A stretch of DNA of 40,561 nt from positions 1 to 40,561 of the forward strand of contig CAYGDL010000002.1 in the NCBI GenBank assembly GCA_964348545.1, in the 5' to 3' direction. The stretch comes from an uncultured Alphaproteobacteria bacterium. GTDB lineage: Bacteria > Pseudomonadota > Alphaproteobacteria > UBA11222. A program made the translations under genes and the position numbers. Of this stretch, positions 29,369 to 38,243 are shown one piece after another. Positions within the stretch are counted from its first letter, which is position 1, and every line of letters starts with the position of its first letter. The notes under the pieces were generated by a model. It made no database searches and had not been told where the DNA came from. It saw only the letters and a list, made by a program, of their open reading frames with translations.

Positions 29369-30940
29369 TTACCAACAGATCAGCCCGCCAATCGCCTGGC
29401 CTTTTGCGTCCAACGCTGTCAGCCCTGGATTGGCGCCCCGGATGGCATCCATCAGTGCGGCCATACTGTCGCGCGAATCTTCTCTTTCTACCGTAAACAG
29501 TGTGAAAACTGTGGCGCTATTATCTTGCCGCAATGCCCTGCTGACGGCGGTGCGCAAGCGGACTTCCATCTGACTCGATGTAAACGTGTCGACCACACAA
29601 TACCAGCGCCATATCAGGATATTATTGCGGGCCGAAGTGACCGTTTCCTCATTTACCGGGCGCAGCACCCCATTCAAAACAGGTGACGGTGTCGCACGGT
29701 TGGTAATTTTCATTTCCTGCGTGCCCAAAATATTGTGATTATCCGCCACGGCTTCATGTCCGTCCCATTGCGCGTCATAATAGGCGACGAACAAATTTAC
29801 TTCGGTCCCGTCATGTTCGAATTTCCATACCCGCCGCGCATCCGCATTGGGAAAAGTATGTTCTGAATATCCCAATTCGGTGCGCATTTTCCATCCGTCG
29901 CTGAACTGTGGTGGGACGATGGTCAAGCCGACCGGTTTCACGCCGTCGGAAAATGTAATGAGACCATAGCCAATCATCAGCGTGGCCAACAAAGCCGGAA
30001 CTACTGCGGCAACCGCAAGCCGCCCCGTAGAAGCAGCCCCAATGGGACGCCATTCTTGCGCGGTCTCGGCTTCCTGCAAAGGAGGCATATTGGAAAAGCG
30101 CCGTCCGGCATACATCAAGCCAATCAGAATGATGAAAAAGAAACCCCAGCCATAGAGTAAATGGTCATCAACAATCGCAAGCTGCTTGTCGGTAATTTCG
30201 GCAAGCACAAGTATGCCGAAAATGCGAACCCCATTCGCCAGAATAGCGACACCAAGCCAAACCAGGATGCAGATCAGTTTGCGTCGCCACCCAAGATATA
30301 TCAGCTCGGCATAAATTATTGACAGGGCCAGCGCAGCCAGCAGGAAATTCAAACCTGAACAGCCCGGCGCGACAAAAAACAACCCAACAGGAAGCTTAAA
30401 ATAAAATTGCTCCACGAAAAATGGAATGCTGGTAAATTGCAACAGCGATGCCGACAGCCAGGTGGCAATGGCCTGCAAGCCCGGTATCAGGAACCCGCCC
30501 GTGGGAACCATCAGCCACAAATACTGGATAGGCAAAATTTGTGCGCGAAATATCCGCCACCCCAATAGCGTCAGCATGAACCCCTGTATCAGGCCCACAA
30601 AGGCGATCTGCTCACCCTCCATGATTGACGCGCCCCGCGCAAGCAACCAGGCGGCACTAAAGCCAATGATCAGAAAAACCCCGGGCCAATAAGGTTCAAT
30701 CGTTAGCCCCGCCAAACGGTGACGTCGCTCCCAGGCCATGTAGCCAGCAATTGGAGCAATAAAAAAATCATGGTTATAGGCGGAGCTAGCCAGCCAGATT
30801 GACACCATGTTGGTGATGCTCTGCCAGGTGAGTGCTGTGACGATGACGATGCCTACGAGCAATGAAACCAGCGATAAAATTTGACGCCGCCTTATTCCTG
30901 ATGACGAAGAATCAGACTCGCTCGTGTCAGCAACATTCAT
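29369..30940 (-). CDS. xrtA: Exosortase A fused to an EpsI-family domain (XrtA-EpsI)
   Basis: 523 aa. Polytopic N-terminal part with exosortase catalytic motifs: Cys194 in APGCSGLNF (codon at 30359-30361), Arg239 in ANGVRIF and His260 in DDHLLYGWGFF. The C-terminal ~200 aa (LFVAYYDAQWDGHEAV...ILIWRWYCV) resembles the EpsI family. Confidence 0.85.
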   Translation of the reverse strand: MNVADTSESDSSSSGIRRRQILSLVSLLVGIVIVTALTWQSITNMVSIWLASSAYNHDFFIAPIAGYMAWERRHRLAGLTIEPYWPGVFLIIGFSAAWLLARGASIMEGEQIAFVGLIQGFMLTLLGWRIFRAQILPIQYLWLMVPTGGFLIPGLQAIATWLSASLLQFTSIPFFVEQFYFKLPVGLFFVAPGCSGLNFLLAALALSIIYAELIYLGWRRKLICILVWLGVAILANGVRIFGILVLAEITDKQLAIVDDHLLYGWGFFFIILIGLMYAGRRFSNMPPLQEAETAQEWRPIGAASTGRLAVAAVVPALLATLMIGYGLITFSDGVKPVGLTIVPPQFSDGWKMRTELGYSEHTFPNADARRVWKFEHDGTEVNLFVAYYDAQWDGHEAVADNHNILGTQEMKITNRATPSPVLNGVLRPVNEETVTSARNNILIWRWYCVVDTFTSSQMEVRLRTAVSRALRQDNSATVFTLFTVEREDSRDSMAALMDAIRGANPGLTALDAKGQAIGGLICW

Positions 30941-30976
30941 AATCTGATTCCAATAGCCGAATTAATTAATACGTTT

Positions 30977-31041
30977 AGGTGTGTAGTCCCTCCGTAAATG
31001 GCTGTATCTTACACCATCATACTGTGGGACTAAACACCTAG
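30977..31041. repeat. 15-bp inverted repeat flanking a 35-nt spacer, between the xrtA start and the IS630 scar
   Basis: TAGGTGTGTAGTCCC (30977-30991) pairs with GGGACTAAACACCTA (31027-31041), 14 of 15 complementary. Confidence 0.6.
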
Positions 31042-31368
31042 AGTCTGAGCTTGCTGCCGCGTGGCGCCCAACCCCGGATAGGCGTCATGTTTGTCTTGGC
31101 CTCCCCCTTCGCCAAAGCTTCCCCCTTCGCCTTCGGCTTCCCCCGTCGCCTTTGGCTATGGGGGACAATGATGGGGGACAAAGCAGGTTTCGTCGACAAA
31201 AACCAGACGCCGGGGAACAAGCCGACCCTGATACTTTTTCCACTGCGCGCGTCTGTGCGCCACCGCCGACCGATCCTGTTCGGCGGCGAACAGTGTTTTT
31301 TAAAACTGAAGCCTGCCCTGCGCAGCAGCAACCCGCTCACGCAAATCATTCGAATAAGGTTTCGTCAT
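31038..31368 (-). pseudogene. IS630-family transposase remnant (internal deletion, in-frame stop, 82-nt insertion, 3' truncation)
   Basis: From ATG 31368 the reverse strand reads MTKPYSNDLRERVAAAQGRLQF*KTLFAAEQDRSAVAHRRAQWKKYQGRLVPRRLVFVDET, then the inserted repeat, then (frame +1) AKTNMTPIRGWAPRGSKLRL*. These segments match IS630 transposase blocks (KPYSxDLRERV; KKTLxAxEQDRxDVxxRRxxW; RLVFIDETW; TKTNMxPxRGWAPRG). About 100 codons are missing after the HTH, and everything after RGxRL is missing. Confidence 0.75.
31102..31183. repeat. 82-nt C5/G5 repeat element inserted in the IS630 transposase remnant
   Basis: Three tandem ~19-nt units (tcccccttcgccaaagct / tcccccttcgccttcggct / tcccccgtcgcctttggct) are followed by atgggggacaatgatgggggacaaag. 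The element sits exactly between the transposase codons for DET(W) and (A)KTNM and shifts the frame by +1. The last 45 nt match 8115-8160. Confidence 0.7.
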
Positions 31369-31543
31369 CCATACTGGCCTCCTCTTCCCAGCCAGTACCT
31401 TGAAGCAGAACTCAGATGATTCCTGAAGGCTCAGGTGCAAACATGGGGAATCCCAATTCGATTCAGTCAAATTAGGACGGAATCTAGAGCAAAACCAAGA
31501 CGCCTTATCATGATAATTTAGGCATGTTTAGACGGGAAACCTC

Positions 31544-31928
31544 TCAGGCGCCTGGCGCTCTTGCGATGCGCGCCTGCATAAACACCATGAAGAAAGGTAT
31601 CAGCAACTCCAGCACGGTCATGGCGGTGAAAAACGTCCCGGGCAGGCCCACCATGGCCATGGACATCAGCCGCGCCAGACCACCGGCAAAAAATGTCAGC
31701 GCCAGAAAATAGACGACACGACTCTTGCGCTCGATGTCGCGAATGCACCAGAGCAGCGCCACGCCATAGGCCAGGAACAGGGTGGCTTAGAATCGGTCTT
31801 CGCTGTCCATCGTGGCGTTAACCGGGACCGGCCTGGAATTGACGAGGGTCCCAGGACAATGTGCAGCATCGAAATGAGAATGTCCGTCACCCAAACAGAC
31901 CGAGAAATACCTGAAATGTTTTGCGCAT
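31544..31928 (-). pseudogene. DUF4345-family small membrane protein gene, decayed (two frameshifts and one in-frame stop)
   Basis: Reverse-strand pieces are MRKTFQVFLGLFG* / (V)TDILISMLHIVLGPSSIPG / PVPVNATMDSEDRF*ATLFLAYGVALLWCIRDIERKSRVVYFLALTFFAGGLARLMSMAMVGLPGTFFTAMTVLELLIPFFMVFMQARIA. Joined together they follow the DUF4345 pattern as I recall it, but they occupy three frames and there is a TAA after DSEDRF. Confidence 0.5.
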
Positions 31929-31938
31929 GCGGTTACTC

Positions 31939-32685
31939 TCATTCCTTCTTCTTCCGTGCTGTTGAAAGCGAGGTGACGACGCCGCGAAGGGCGCGGACTT
32001 CCTGTTCCATCAGGCCGGCGCGCGTGAAAATACTGCGCAGGTTGCGCACCATTGCGGGGCGCTTTTCGGGGGGGAACAGAAATCCGGCCGCGTCCAGTTC
32101 GCGTTCCAGATGTTCGAACAGGCCAACCAGTTCGGCATTATCGGCGGGCCAGGTATTGCCCGGATCAAGCCGTTCAGGGGGCGTTGTATCCGCCGCCCTG
32201 AACCATTCATAGCCCGCCAGCAGCACCGCCTGCGCCAGATTTATGGATGTGAAGCGCGCATCAACCGGAATGCGCAACACCGCCTGCGCCAGGGCCACAT
32301 CATCATTTTCAAGGCCGCTGCGTTCGGGGCCAAACATCAGGGCGCAGCGCAGCCCTTGCGCGGTTTTGGCGCGCATTTGTTGCGCCGACGCCTCGGCTGT
32401 CAGCAAGGGCTTCAGCATTTCGCGTTGGCGCGCGGTGGTGGCCACCAGAAAATGAATATCGGCTGCCGCATCCGCCACCGTATCAAACAGGCGCGCCTCT
32501 TCCAGCACCCAGTCGGCGCCCGATGCCGCCTTGATCGCCCATTCATTGGGCCAGCCCTCGCGCGGGGCCACGATGCGCAGATCGCTCAGGCCGAAATTCG
32601 CCATGGCGCGCGCCGCCATGCCGACATTCTGGCCCAGTTGCGGGCGCACCAGAATGACAGCGGGTGACGCAGGCGCGACACTCAC
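31939..32685 (-). CDS. trmJ: SpoU/TrmH-family RNA 2'-O-methyltransferase (TrmJ/LasT-like)
   Basis: 248 aa. VILVRPQLGQNVGMAARAMANFGL...LRIV, with a SPOUT knot region ALMFGPERSGL...INLAQAV. The GTG start overlaps the cimA stop (GTGA). Confidence 0.8.
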   Translation of the reverse strand: MSVAPASPAVILVRPQLGQNVGMAARAMANFGLSDLRIVAPREGWPNEWAIKAASGADWVLEEARLFDTVADAAADIHFLVATTARQREMLKPLLTAEASAQQMRAKTAQGLRCALMFGPERSGLENDDVALAQAVLRIPVDARFTSINLAQAVLLAGYEWFRAADTTPPERLDPGNTWPADNAELVGLFEHLERELDAAGFLFPPEKRPAMVRNLRSIFTRAGLMEQEVRALRGVVTSLSTARKKKE

Positions 32686-34283
32686 GGTTTAGCGCCGTCG
32701 CGATACAGCTTGTAGGTGATGCTGTCGATCAGCGCCTCGAAGGACGCATCCACAATATTTTCCGATACACCCACAGTGAACCAGCGTTCGCCCGCGCCAT
32801 CGCGGCTTTCGATCATCACGCGCGTCACCGCGCCGGTGCCACCCGTCAGGATACGGACTTTATAATCCGCCAGTTCCAGATCATCAATGTAACTGGAATA
32901 ACGCCCCAGATCCTTGCGCAACGCACGGTCCAGCGCATTGATCGGGCCATTGCCTTCTTCGTAGGAACGAAACACTTCGCCATCAATATTGATGGTGGCG
33001 GTGGCGTCAGAAACCGTGACCAGCTCGCCTTTTGCATTATGGCGGCGCTCCACCATCACGCGGTAGCTTTCAACCCTGAAATATTCAGGGATTTCACCCA
33101 GCAGGCGGCGTACCAGCAATTCGAACGACGCCGTTGCGCCGTCATAGCTATAGCCCAGAAATTCGCGCTGCTTGACGATTTCCAGCAGCCGGTTCAGGCG
33201 CCTGTCCTTTGGGTCCGCAATAATTCCGATGGTTTCCAGTTCGGCAATCAGGTTTGATTTTCCCGCCTGATCCGACACCAGAATACGACGCCGGTTGCCC
33301 ACGCTTTCGGGTTCAACATGTTCATAGGTTTTGGTGTTTTTCGCCATCGCCGAAACATGCAGCCCGCCTTTATGGGCAAAAGCCGACGCGCCAACATAGG
33401 CGGCGTGGCGATTGGGCGGACGGTTGAGAATTTCGTCAATGGTGTGCGAAACGCTGCTGAGCTTTTTCAGCGCCGCCGGTGTAATGCCGGTTTCAAAGCG
33501 GTCGGCATATTCGGGTTTCAGCATCAGCGTTGGGATGATCGACACCAGATTGGCATTGCCGCAACGCTCGCCAAGCCCATTGATGGTGCCCTGCACATGG
33601 CGCACCCCTGCGCGCACCGCCGCCAGCGAATTGGCGACGGCATTTTCGGTGTCGTTATGCACATGAATGCCCAGATGCGCGCCGGGAATATGTTTAGCAA
33701 CTTCGCTTACGATGCGTGCCACTTCATGCGGCAGGCTGCCGCCATTGGTATCGCACAGCACCACCCAGCGCGCACCCGCATCATAGGCCGCGCGCGCACA
33801 TTGCAGCGCGTAATCCGGGTTGGCCTTGTAACCATCAAAGAAATGTTCGGCGTCAAACAGCGCCTCGGACCCGCGCGCCTTTACCAGCGCAATGGAATCG
33901 GAAATCGCCTCGACATTTTCATCGCGCCCCACCTGCAACGCCACATCGACGTGAAAATCCCAGGTCTTGCCCACCAGGCACACGGCGCCCGCCTGCGCAT
34001 CCAGCACCACTGCCAGATCGGGATCGTTCTGGGCGCTGCGGCCCGCGCGTTTGGTCATGCCAAAGGCTGTGAATTTCGCGCGCGCCAATTTTGGCGGCGC
34101 GGCGAAAAACGCCGTGTCAGTGGGATTGGCGCCGGGCCAGCCGCCTTCGACATAGTCCAGCCCCAGCCCATCCAGCAGGCCCGCAATCAGCAGCTTGTCT
34201 TCGACGCTGAAATCCACACCCTGGGTTTGCGCGCCATCGCGCAACGTGGTGTCATAAAGATAGATGCGTTCGCGCGCGCTCAT
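32682..34283 (-). CDS. cimA: Citramalate synthase (LeuA-family, CimA type)
   Basis: [44 protein letters not shown], and a length of about 530 aa with a C-terminal regulatory domain. I place the start at ATG 34283, overlapping the cysS stop (ATGA) with GAAGG 7 nt upstream. The track start at 34298 is an alternative. Confidence 0.85.
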   Translation of the reverse strand: MSARERIYLYDTTLRDGAQTQGVDFSVEDKLLIAGLLDGLGLDYVEGGWPGANPTDTAFFAAPPKLARAKFTAFGMTKRAGRSAQNDPDLAVVLDAQAGAVCLVGKTWDFHVDVALQVGRDENVEAISDSIALVKARGSEALFDAEHFFDGYKANPDYALQCARAAYDAGARWVVLCDTNGGSLPHEVARIVSEVAKHIPGAHLGIHVHNDTENAVANSLAAVRAGVRHVQGTINGLGERCGNANLVSIIPTLMLKPEYADRFETGITPAALKKLSSVSHTIDEILNRPPNRHAAYVGASAFAHKGGLHVSAMAKNTKTYEHVEPESVGNRRRILVSDQAGKSNLIAELETIGIIADPKDRRLNRLLEIVKQREFLGYSYDGATASFELLVRRLLGEIPEYFRVESYRVMVERRHNAKGELVTVSDATATINIDGEVFRSYEEGNGPINALDRALRKDLGRYSSYIDDLELADYKVRILTGGTGAVTRVMIESRDGAGERWFTVGVSENIVDASFEALIDSITYKLYRDGAKP

Positions 34284-35644
34284 GACAGCACCTTCCATAG
34301 TGTGCCCGTTGGCCCGTCCTCAAGCTGGATGCCGCGCGCCACCAGTTCGTCACGGATACGGTCGGCCTCTGCGAAATTTTTCGCCTTGCGCGCGGCAATG
34401 CGGGCGTCAATCTGTGTCTGAATTTCAGCTTCATCCAAAACCTGTCCAGGGGGTTGCCAGTGAAACCATTGCTGCGCGGTCATGCCAAACAGGCCCAGCA
34501 AAAATTCACCGCCCGCACGTAACTGTTTTGCGGCGTCCGGCGCACCCTGACTGGCCGCATGGGCCAGCCTGTGCATTTCCGCAATCGCCAGCGGCGTGTT
34601 CAGATCATCTTCCAGCGCGGCGCGCACGGTTTGGGGAATATCCTGCGCTGCCCCCGTCACCCCGTCCACCAGCCGGTGCCAATGATCCAGCACGGTTTTC
34701 ATCTCGCGGGTTCCTGCATCGGTCCAGTCAAAGGGCTGGCGATAGTGTGTCGACAGGATTTGCAGCCGCAACACTTCGCCCGGCGCTTTCGCCAATAGTT
34801 CGTGCACGGTGCGGAAATTACCTTCGGATTTGGACATTTTTTTGCCCTCCACCATCAGATAGCCGTTATGCATCCAATAGGTGGCGAAGGTGCCGGGGCC
34901 GTTGGCGCAGGTGCTTTGCGCCACTTCGTTTTCATGATGCGGAAAGATCAGATCGATGCCGCCGCCGTGAATATCAAATGACGCCCCCAGATGCGCCAGG
35001 CTCATGGCCGAGCATTCGATATGCCAGCCGGGGCGGCCAAACCCCCACGGGCTGTCCCAACCCGGCGTCTGCGCGTCCGATGGCTTCCACAAAACGAAAT
35101 CCATTTCATCGCGCTTATAGGGTGCGACCTCCACCCGCGCGCCCGCCAGCATTTCTTTCACGTCGCGGCCCGACAGGCGGCCATAGTCCGGCATGCTTGG
35201 CACATTGAACAGCACATGCCCGTCGGCGGCATAGGCGTGCCCCCTGACGATCAGGGTTTCTATCATCGCGATCATTTCCGCGATATGGCCTGTGGCGCGC
35301 GGCTCCACATCCGGGGGCAGGGCGTTCAGCGCCGCCATATCGGCGTGAAACTGTGCGGTGGTGCGCGCGGTTATTTCCGCAATCGGGACGTTTTCGTCGC
35401 GCGCGCGGGCGTTTATCTTGTCATCCACATCGGTGATATTGCGCGCATAGGTCACATGCGCCGCGCCATAGTTCAGCCGCAACAGCCGCGCCAATGTATC
35501 AAACACCACCACAGGGCGCGCATTGCCGATATGGGCATAGTCATAGACCGTCGGCCCGCACACATACATGCGCACATTGGCGGGGTCGATGGGAACGAAA
35601 TCCTGTTTCGTCCGCGTCTTTGAATTGTACAGTTTCAGGGCCAT
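34280..35644 (-). CDS. cysS: Cysteine--tRNA ligase
   Basis: 454 aa. HIGH-type motif (YAHIGNARP), KMSKS present, CGPTVYD N-terminus. Confidence 0.96.
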   Translation of the reverse strand: MALKLYNSKTRTKQDFVPIDPANVRMYVCGPTVYDYAHIGNARPVVVFDTLARLLRLNYGAAHVTYARNITDVDDKINARARDENVPIAEITARTTAQFHADMAALNALPPDVEPRATGHIAEMIAMIETLIVRGHAYAADGHVLFNVPSMPDYGRLSGRDVKEMLAGARVEVAPYKRDEMDFVLWKPSDAQTPGWDSPWGFGRPGWHIECSAMSLAHLGASFDIHGGGIDLIFPHHENEVAQSTCANGPGTFATYWMHNGYLMVEGKKMSKSEGNFRTVHELLAKAPGEVLRLQILSTHYRQPFDWTDAGTREMKTVLDHWHRLVDGVTGAAQDIPQTVRAALEDDLNTPLAIAEMHRLAHAASQGAPDAAKQLRAGGEFLLGLFGMTAQQWFHWQPPGQVLDEAEIQTQIDARIAARKAKNFAEADRIRDELVARGIQLEDGPTGTLWKVLS

Positions 35645-35807
35645 TTCCGTTCCATTTTCATCACGCGCAAATTACGTCCAGTTGCTGGCCGCTTGCGGTT
35701 CTTGGTATGGAGAGAAAATATAAGAACGGCGCGGCAAGCTTGAGCTAGCCGATAATAATCAAACAATACTGATTACAGATGCGCGCCATTATAAAAAAAC
35801 CCGTAGA

Positions 35808-37145
35808 TTACGCCGTTTCGCCCCGCAACAGGGCATGCGCCCGCTCCGGTCCGATGAACAGTAGCAGGCTTTTCATTTCCGGTCCATGGCCAAGACCGGT
35901 CAAGGTAAGGCGTAATGGCATGAACAGATCGCGCCCCTTGCGGCCGGTTTGCGCCTTCAATGCGTTGGTCCAGGCCTCCCAGGTGGCGTCATTAAAGCCA
36001 TCCCTGGGCAGCAGGGCCTCCGCCGTGGCCAGAAACTCCGGCTCGGTAATTACCGGGCTGATAGGCCCCCTGACCACATCCCACCACAGCGAAACATCTG
36101 GAAAGCGCACCAGATTGGCGCGCACCATGTCCCAGAAGGCGGCCCCGCCGCCAACGCCCAGTGCGCTGAGGCGCGGTTCCGCCGCCGCATAGGGCATGGT
36201 GTGCAGAATATGCTCATTCACCGGCCCCAGATCTTTGGCATCGAACTTCACACTGGCACGGCCAATATGGGTGATGTCAAAACCCGCCACCAGTGCATCC
36301 ATGGTCTGGCGCGGCTCCACCGGATCGGATGTGCCAAGACGCGCCAACAGGCTATTGAGCGCCATCGGCTCCAGCCCGTCTTCGCGCAGGCTTTCGACGC
36401 CGAGCGAGCCCAACCGTTTCGACAGCCCTTCGCCCCCCGCGCCGGTCAGCATCGGAAAATGCCCAAACACCGGCGCACCCGCCCCCATCGCCTTGAAAAG
36501 CTGAATTTGCACCGCCGTATTGGTCAGATGATCCTCACCCCGGATCACATGGGTAATCTCCATATCAATATCATCGCAGATGCTGGGCAGGGTATAGAGC
36601 GGCTGGCCGTCGGCGCGCACCAGCACCGGGTCCGACAGACTTTGGGTATGGATCGCCACATCGCCATGCACCAGATCGCGCCATGCCACCGTTTCATGGG
36701 TAAGCAGGAACCGCCAGTGCGGCGTAATGCCCTTATCCGTATAGGCCTGTTTTTGCGCATCGCTCAGTTTCAGCGCCGCGCGGTCATAGACGGGTGGCTT
36801 GCCACGCCCCAATTGCACCTTGCGTTTCAGATCAAGCTCTTCTGGCGTTTCGTAACAGGCATAAAGCAGCCCGCGCGATTTCAGATCATCAATGGCCGCG
36901 CCATAGCGCGCCATGCGTTCCGACTGGCGCATGAATGCGTCATGGCTCAGCCCCAGCCACGCCAGATCGGCAATGATGCCATCTTCAAATTCCTTTGTAG
37001 AGCGCTCCCGGTCCGTATCATCTATGCGCAGCACGAATTTGCCGCCATGGCTGCTGGCAAACAGCCAGTTCACCAGCGCGGTGCGGATATTGCCGACATG
37101 CAAACGCCCGGTGGGGCTGGGCGCAAAACGAACAGTGACAGTCAT
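35808..37145 (-). CDS. gltX: Glutamate--tRNA ligase
   Basis: I place the start at ATG 37145 (MTVTVRFAPSPTGRLHVGNIRTAL, HIGH-type motif); the track ORF extends to 37235. KMSKS-like GLSKRLGS. Length 445 aa. Confidence 0.94.
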   Translation of the reverse strand: MTVTVRFAPSPTGRLHVGNIRTALVNWLFASSHGGKFVLRIDDTDRERSTKEFEDGIIADLAWLGLSHDAFMRQSERMARYGAAIDDLKSRGLLYACYETPEELDLKRKVQLGRGKPPVYDRAALKLSDAQKQAYTDKGITPHWRFLLTHETVAWRDLVHGDVAIHTQSLSDPVLVRADGQPLYTLPSICDDIDMEITHVIRGEDHLTNTAVQIQLFKAMGAGAPVFGHFPMLTGAGGEGLSKRLGSLGVESLREDGLEPMALNSLLARLGTSDPVEPRQTMDALVAGFDITHIGRASVKFDAKDLGPVNEHILHTMPYAAAEPRLSALGVGGGAAFWDMVRANLVRFPDVSLWWDVVRGPISPVITEPEFLATAEALLPRDGFNDATWEAWTNALKAQTGRKGRDLFMPLRLTLTGLGHGPEMKSLLLFIGPERAHALLRGETA

Positions 37146-37449
37146 GACTTTATTCCAGTTGCCGATCCGATTGAGGCATATCCTCGTTTGCCGACGGTGC
37201 GGAACTGGCTTGCCACGTCGGGGCGCGCCTTGCAATGATGTTTGTGGGAGAAGTGCTTCAATCAGAGCCAGTAACCTGCCAGAGATAAAATAGGTCTTTC
37301 ACGCGACCGTAACAAATATTGACATAGGATTTTGGTCATATTCAGGCGCAAATAGCTGGCTAACCCTTCTTGCAGCAGAACCCACTGAATTGCATAATAG
37401 CCAAATGCGGCACCCTCATCGCCCTATTACAACAGGAAAGGATCGCGCC

Positions 37450-38235
37450 ATGACTTTGCGTCAGGAAAATTATCAGGCCATGCTGATCGACAAGCGCGCC
37501 AATGGCGTCGCCGTGATCACGCTGAACCGCCCGGGACGGCTGAATGCGGTCAATGGGGTGATGCATCATGAACTGGCGCGCTTTACGCGCGACGCGCAGA
37601 ACGATCCGGATGTCAAGATTGTGGTGCTGGCGGCGGCGGGCCGCGCCTTTTGCGCCGGGGGTGATTTTGGCGGCGGCGGCGATGCGGCCAGCCTGACCCT
37701 GGAAGAAGGCCGCCAGATTGTTGATCACATTCTGGAATTGCGCAAACCCATCATCTCGGCAGTGCAGGGCTACGCCATGGGGCTGGGCGCGACGATTTCG
37801 CTATTGTGCGATGTGGTGGTGGCGGGCCACAGCACTGTGTTCGCCGACACGCATGTCAGCATGGGCATAGGTGCTGGCGATGGCGGGCAGGTGATCTGGC
37901 CGCTGCTGCTCGGCGTCAACCGGGCGAAATGGTTTCTGATGACCGGCGAACGCCTCACGGGTGCTGCGCTGTTCGATATGGGGCTGGTCAATTTTCTGGT
38001 CGATGACAAGGATATTCTGAGCAAGGCGCTGGAATGCGCCGATAAACTCGCGGCGGGGCCGCAGGCGGCGATCATCGCCTCCAAAGTGCCGATCAATAAT
38101 TATATCCGAAGCCTCTCCAGCCAGATATTGCCTTTGTCACTGGCCATGGAAGGCGAGACGATGCGCAGCAAAGATGCTAAGGAAGCCCAGCGCGCCTTCG
38201 CCGAAAAACGCGCGCCCAGGTTTGGCAAACAATAG
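37450..38235 (+). CDS. Enoyl-CoA hydratase/isomerase (crotonase) family protein
   Basis: ATG 37450 follows AGGAAAGGA. The strings [23 protein letters not shown] and [15 protein letters not shown] are the crotonase fold signature. Confidence 0.85.
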   Translation: MTLRQENYQAMLIDKRANGVAVITLNRPGRLNAVNGVMHHELARFTRDAQNDPDVKIVVLAAAGRAFCAGGDFGGGGDAASLTLEEGRQIVDHILELRKPIISAVQGYAMGLGATISLLCDVVVAGHSTVFADTHVSMGIGAGDGGQVIWPLLLGVNRAKWFLMTGERLTGAALFDMGLVNFLVDDKDILSKALECADKLAAGPQAAIIASKVPINNYIRSLSSQILPLSLAMEGETMRSKDAKEAQRAFAEKRAPRFGKQ

Positions 38236-38243
38236 GAAGTTTC

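Noticed and set aside
20880-31040. Search for a PEP-CTERM substrate gene (C-terminal PEP motif, TM helix, basic tail) in all track ORFs and intergenic small ORFs of the cassette.
   Set aside because: None was found. The PEP tripeptides present (for example in the GGDEF protein) are internal and are not followed by a TM helix and Arg cluster.
31102-31160. Three tandem ~19-nt direct repeats, considered as a possible mini-CRISPR array.
   Set aside because: The units are directly adjacent with no spacers, are too short, and no cas genes are present. I interpret them as part of the C5/G5 repeat element.
31038-31349. 103-aa minus-strand ORF in the track.
   Set aside because: It is a chimeric reading frame running through the IS630 remnant and the inserted C5/G5 repeat. 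Only its last ~20 residues (KTNMTPIRGWAPRG) correspond to real transposase sequence.
35791-35813. Possible rho-independent terminator after gltX: a run of 7 U on the minus-strand transcript right after the stop codon.
   Set aside because: The only stem I can draw before the U-tract is 4 bp (CGUA/UACG) with a 3-nt loop, which is too weak to call without a folding calculation.
37300-37350. TTGACA-containing segment with TGAC-N11-GTCA symmetry in the gltX/enoyl-CoA hydratase divergent spacer, considered as a promoter or operator.
   Set aside because: No -10 element occurs at acceptable spacing (12-14 nt only), and the symmetry is just 4 bp per arm, which is insufficient evidence.
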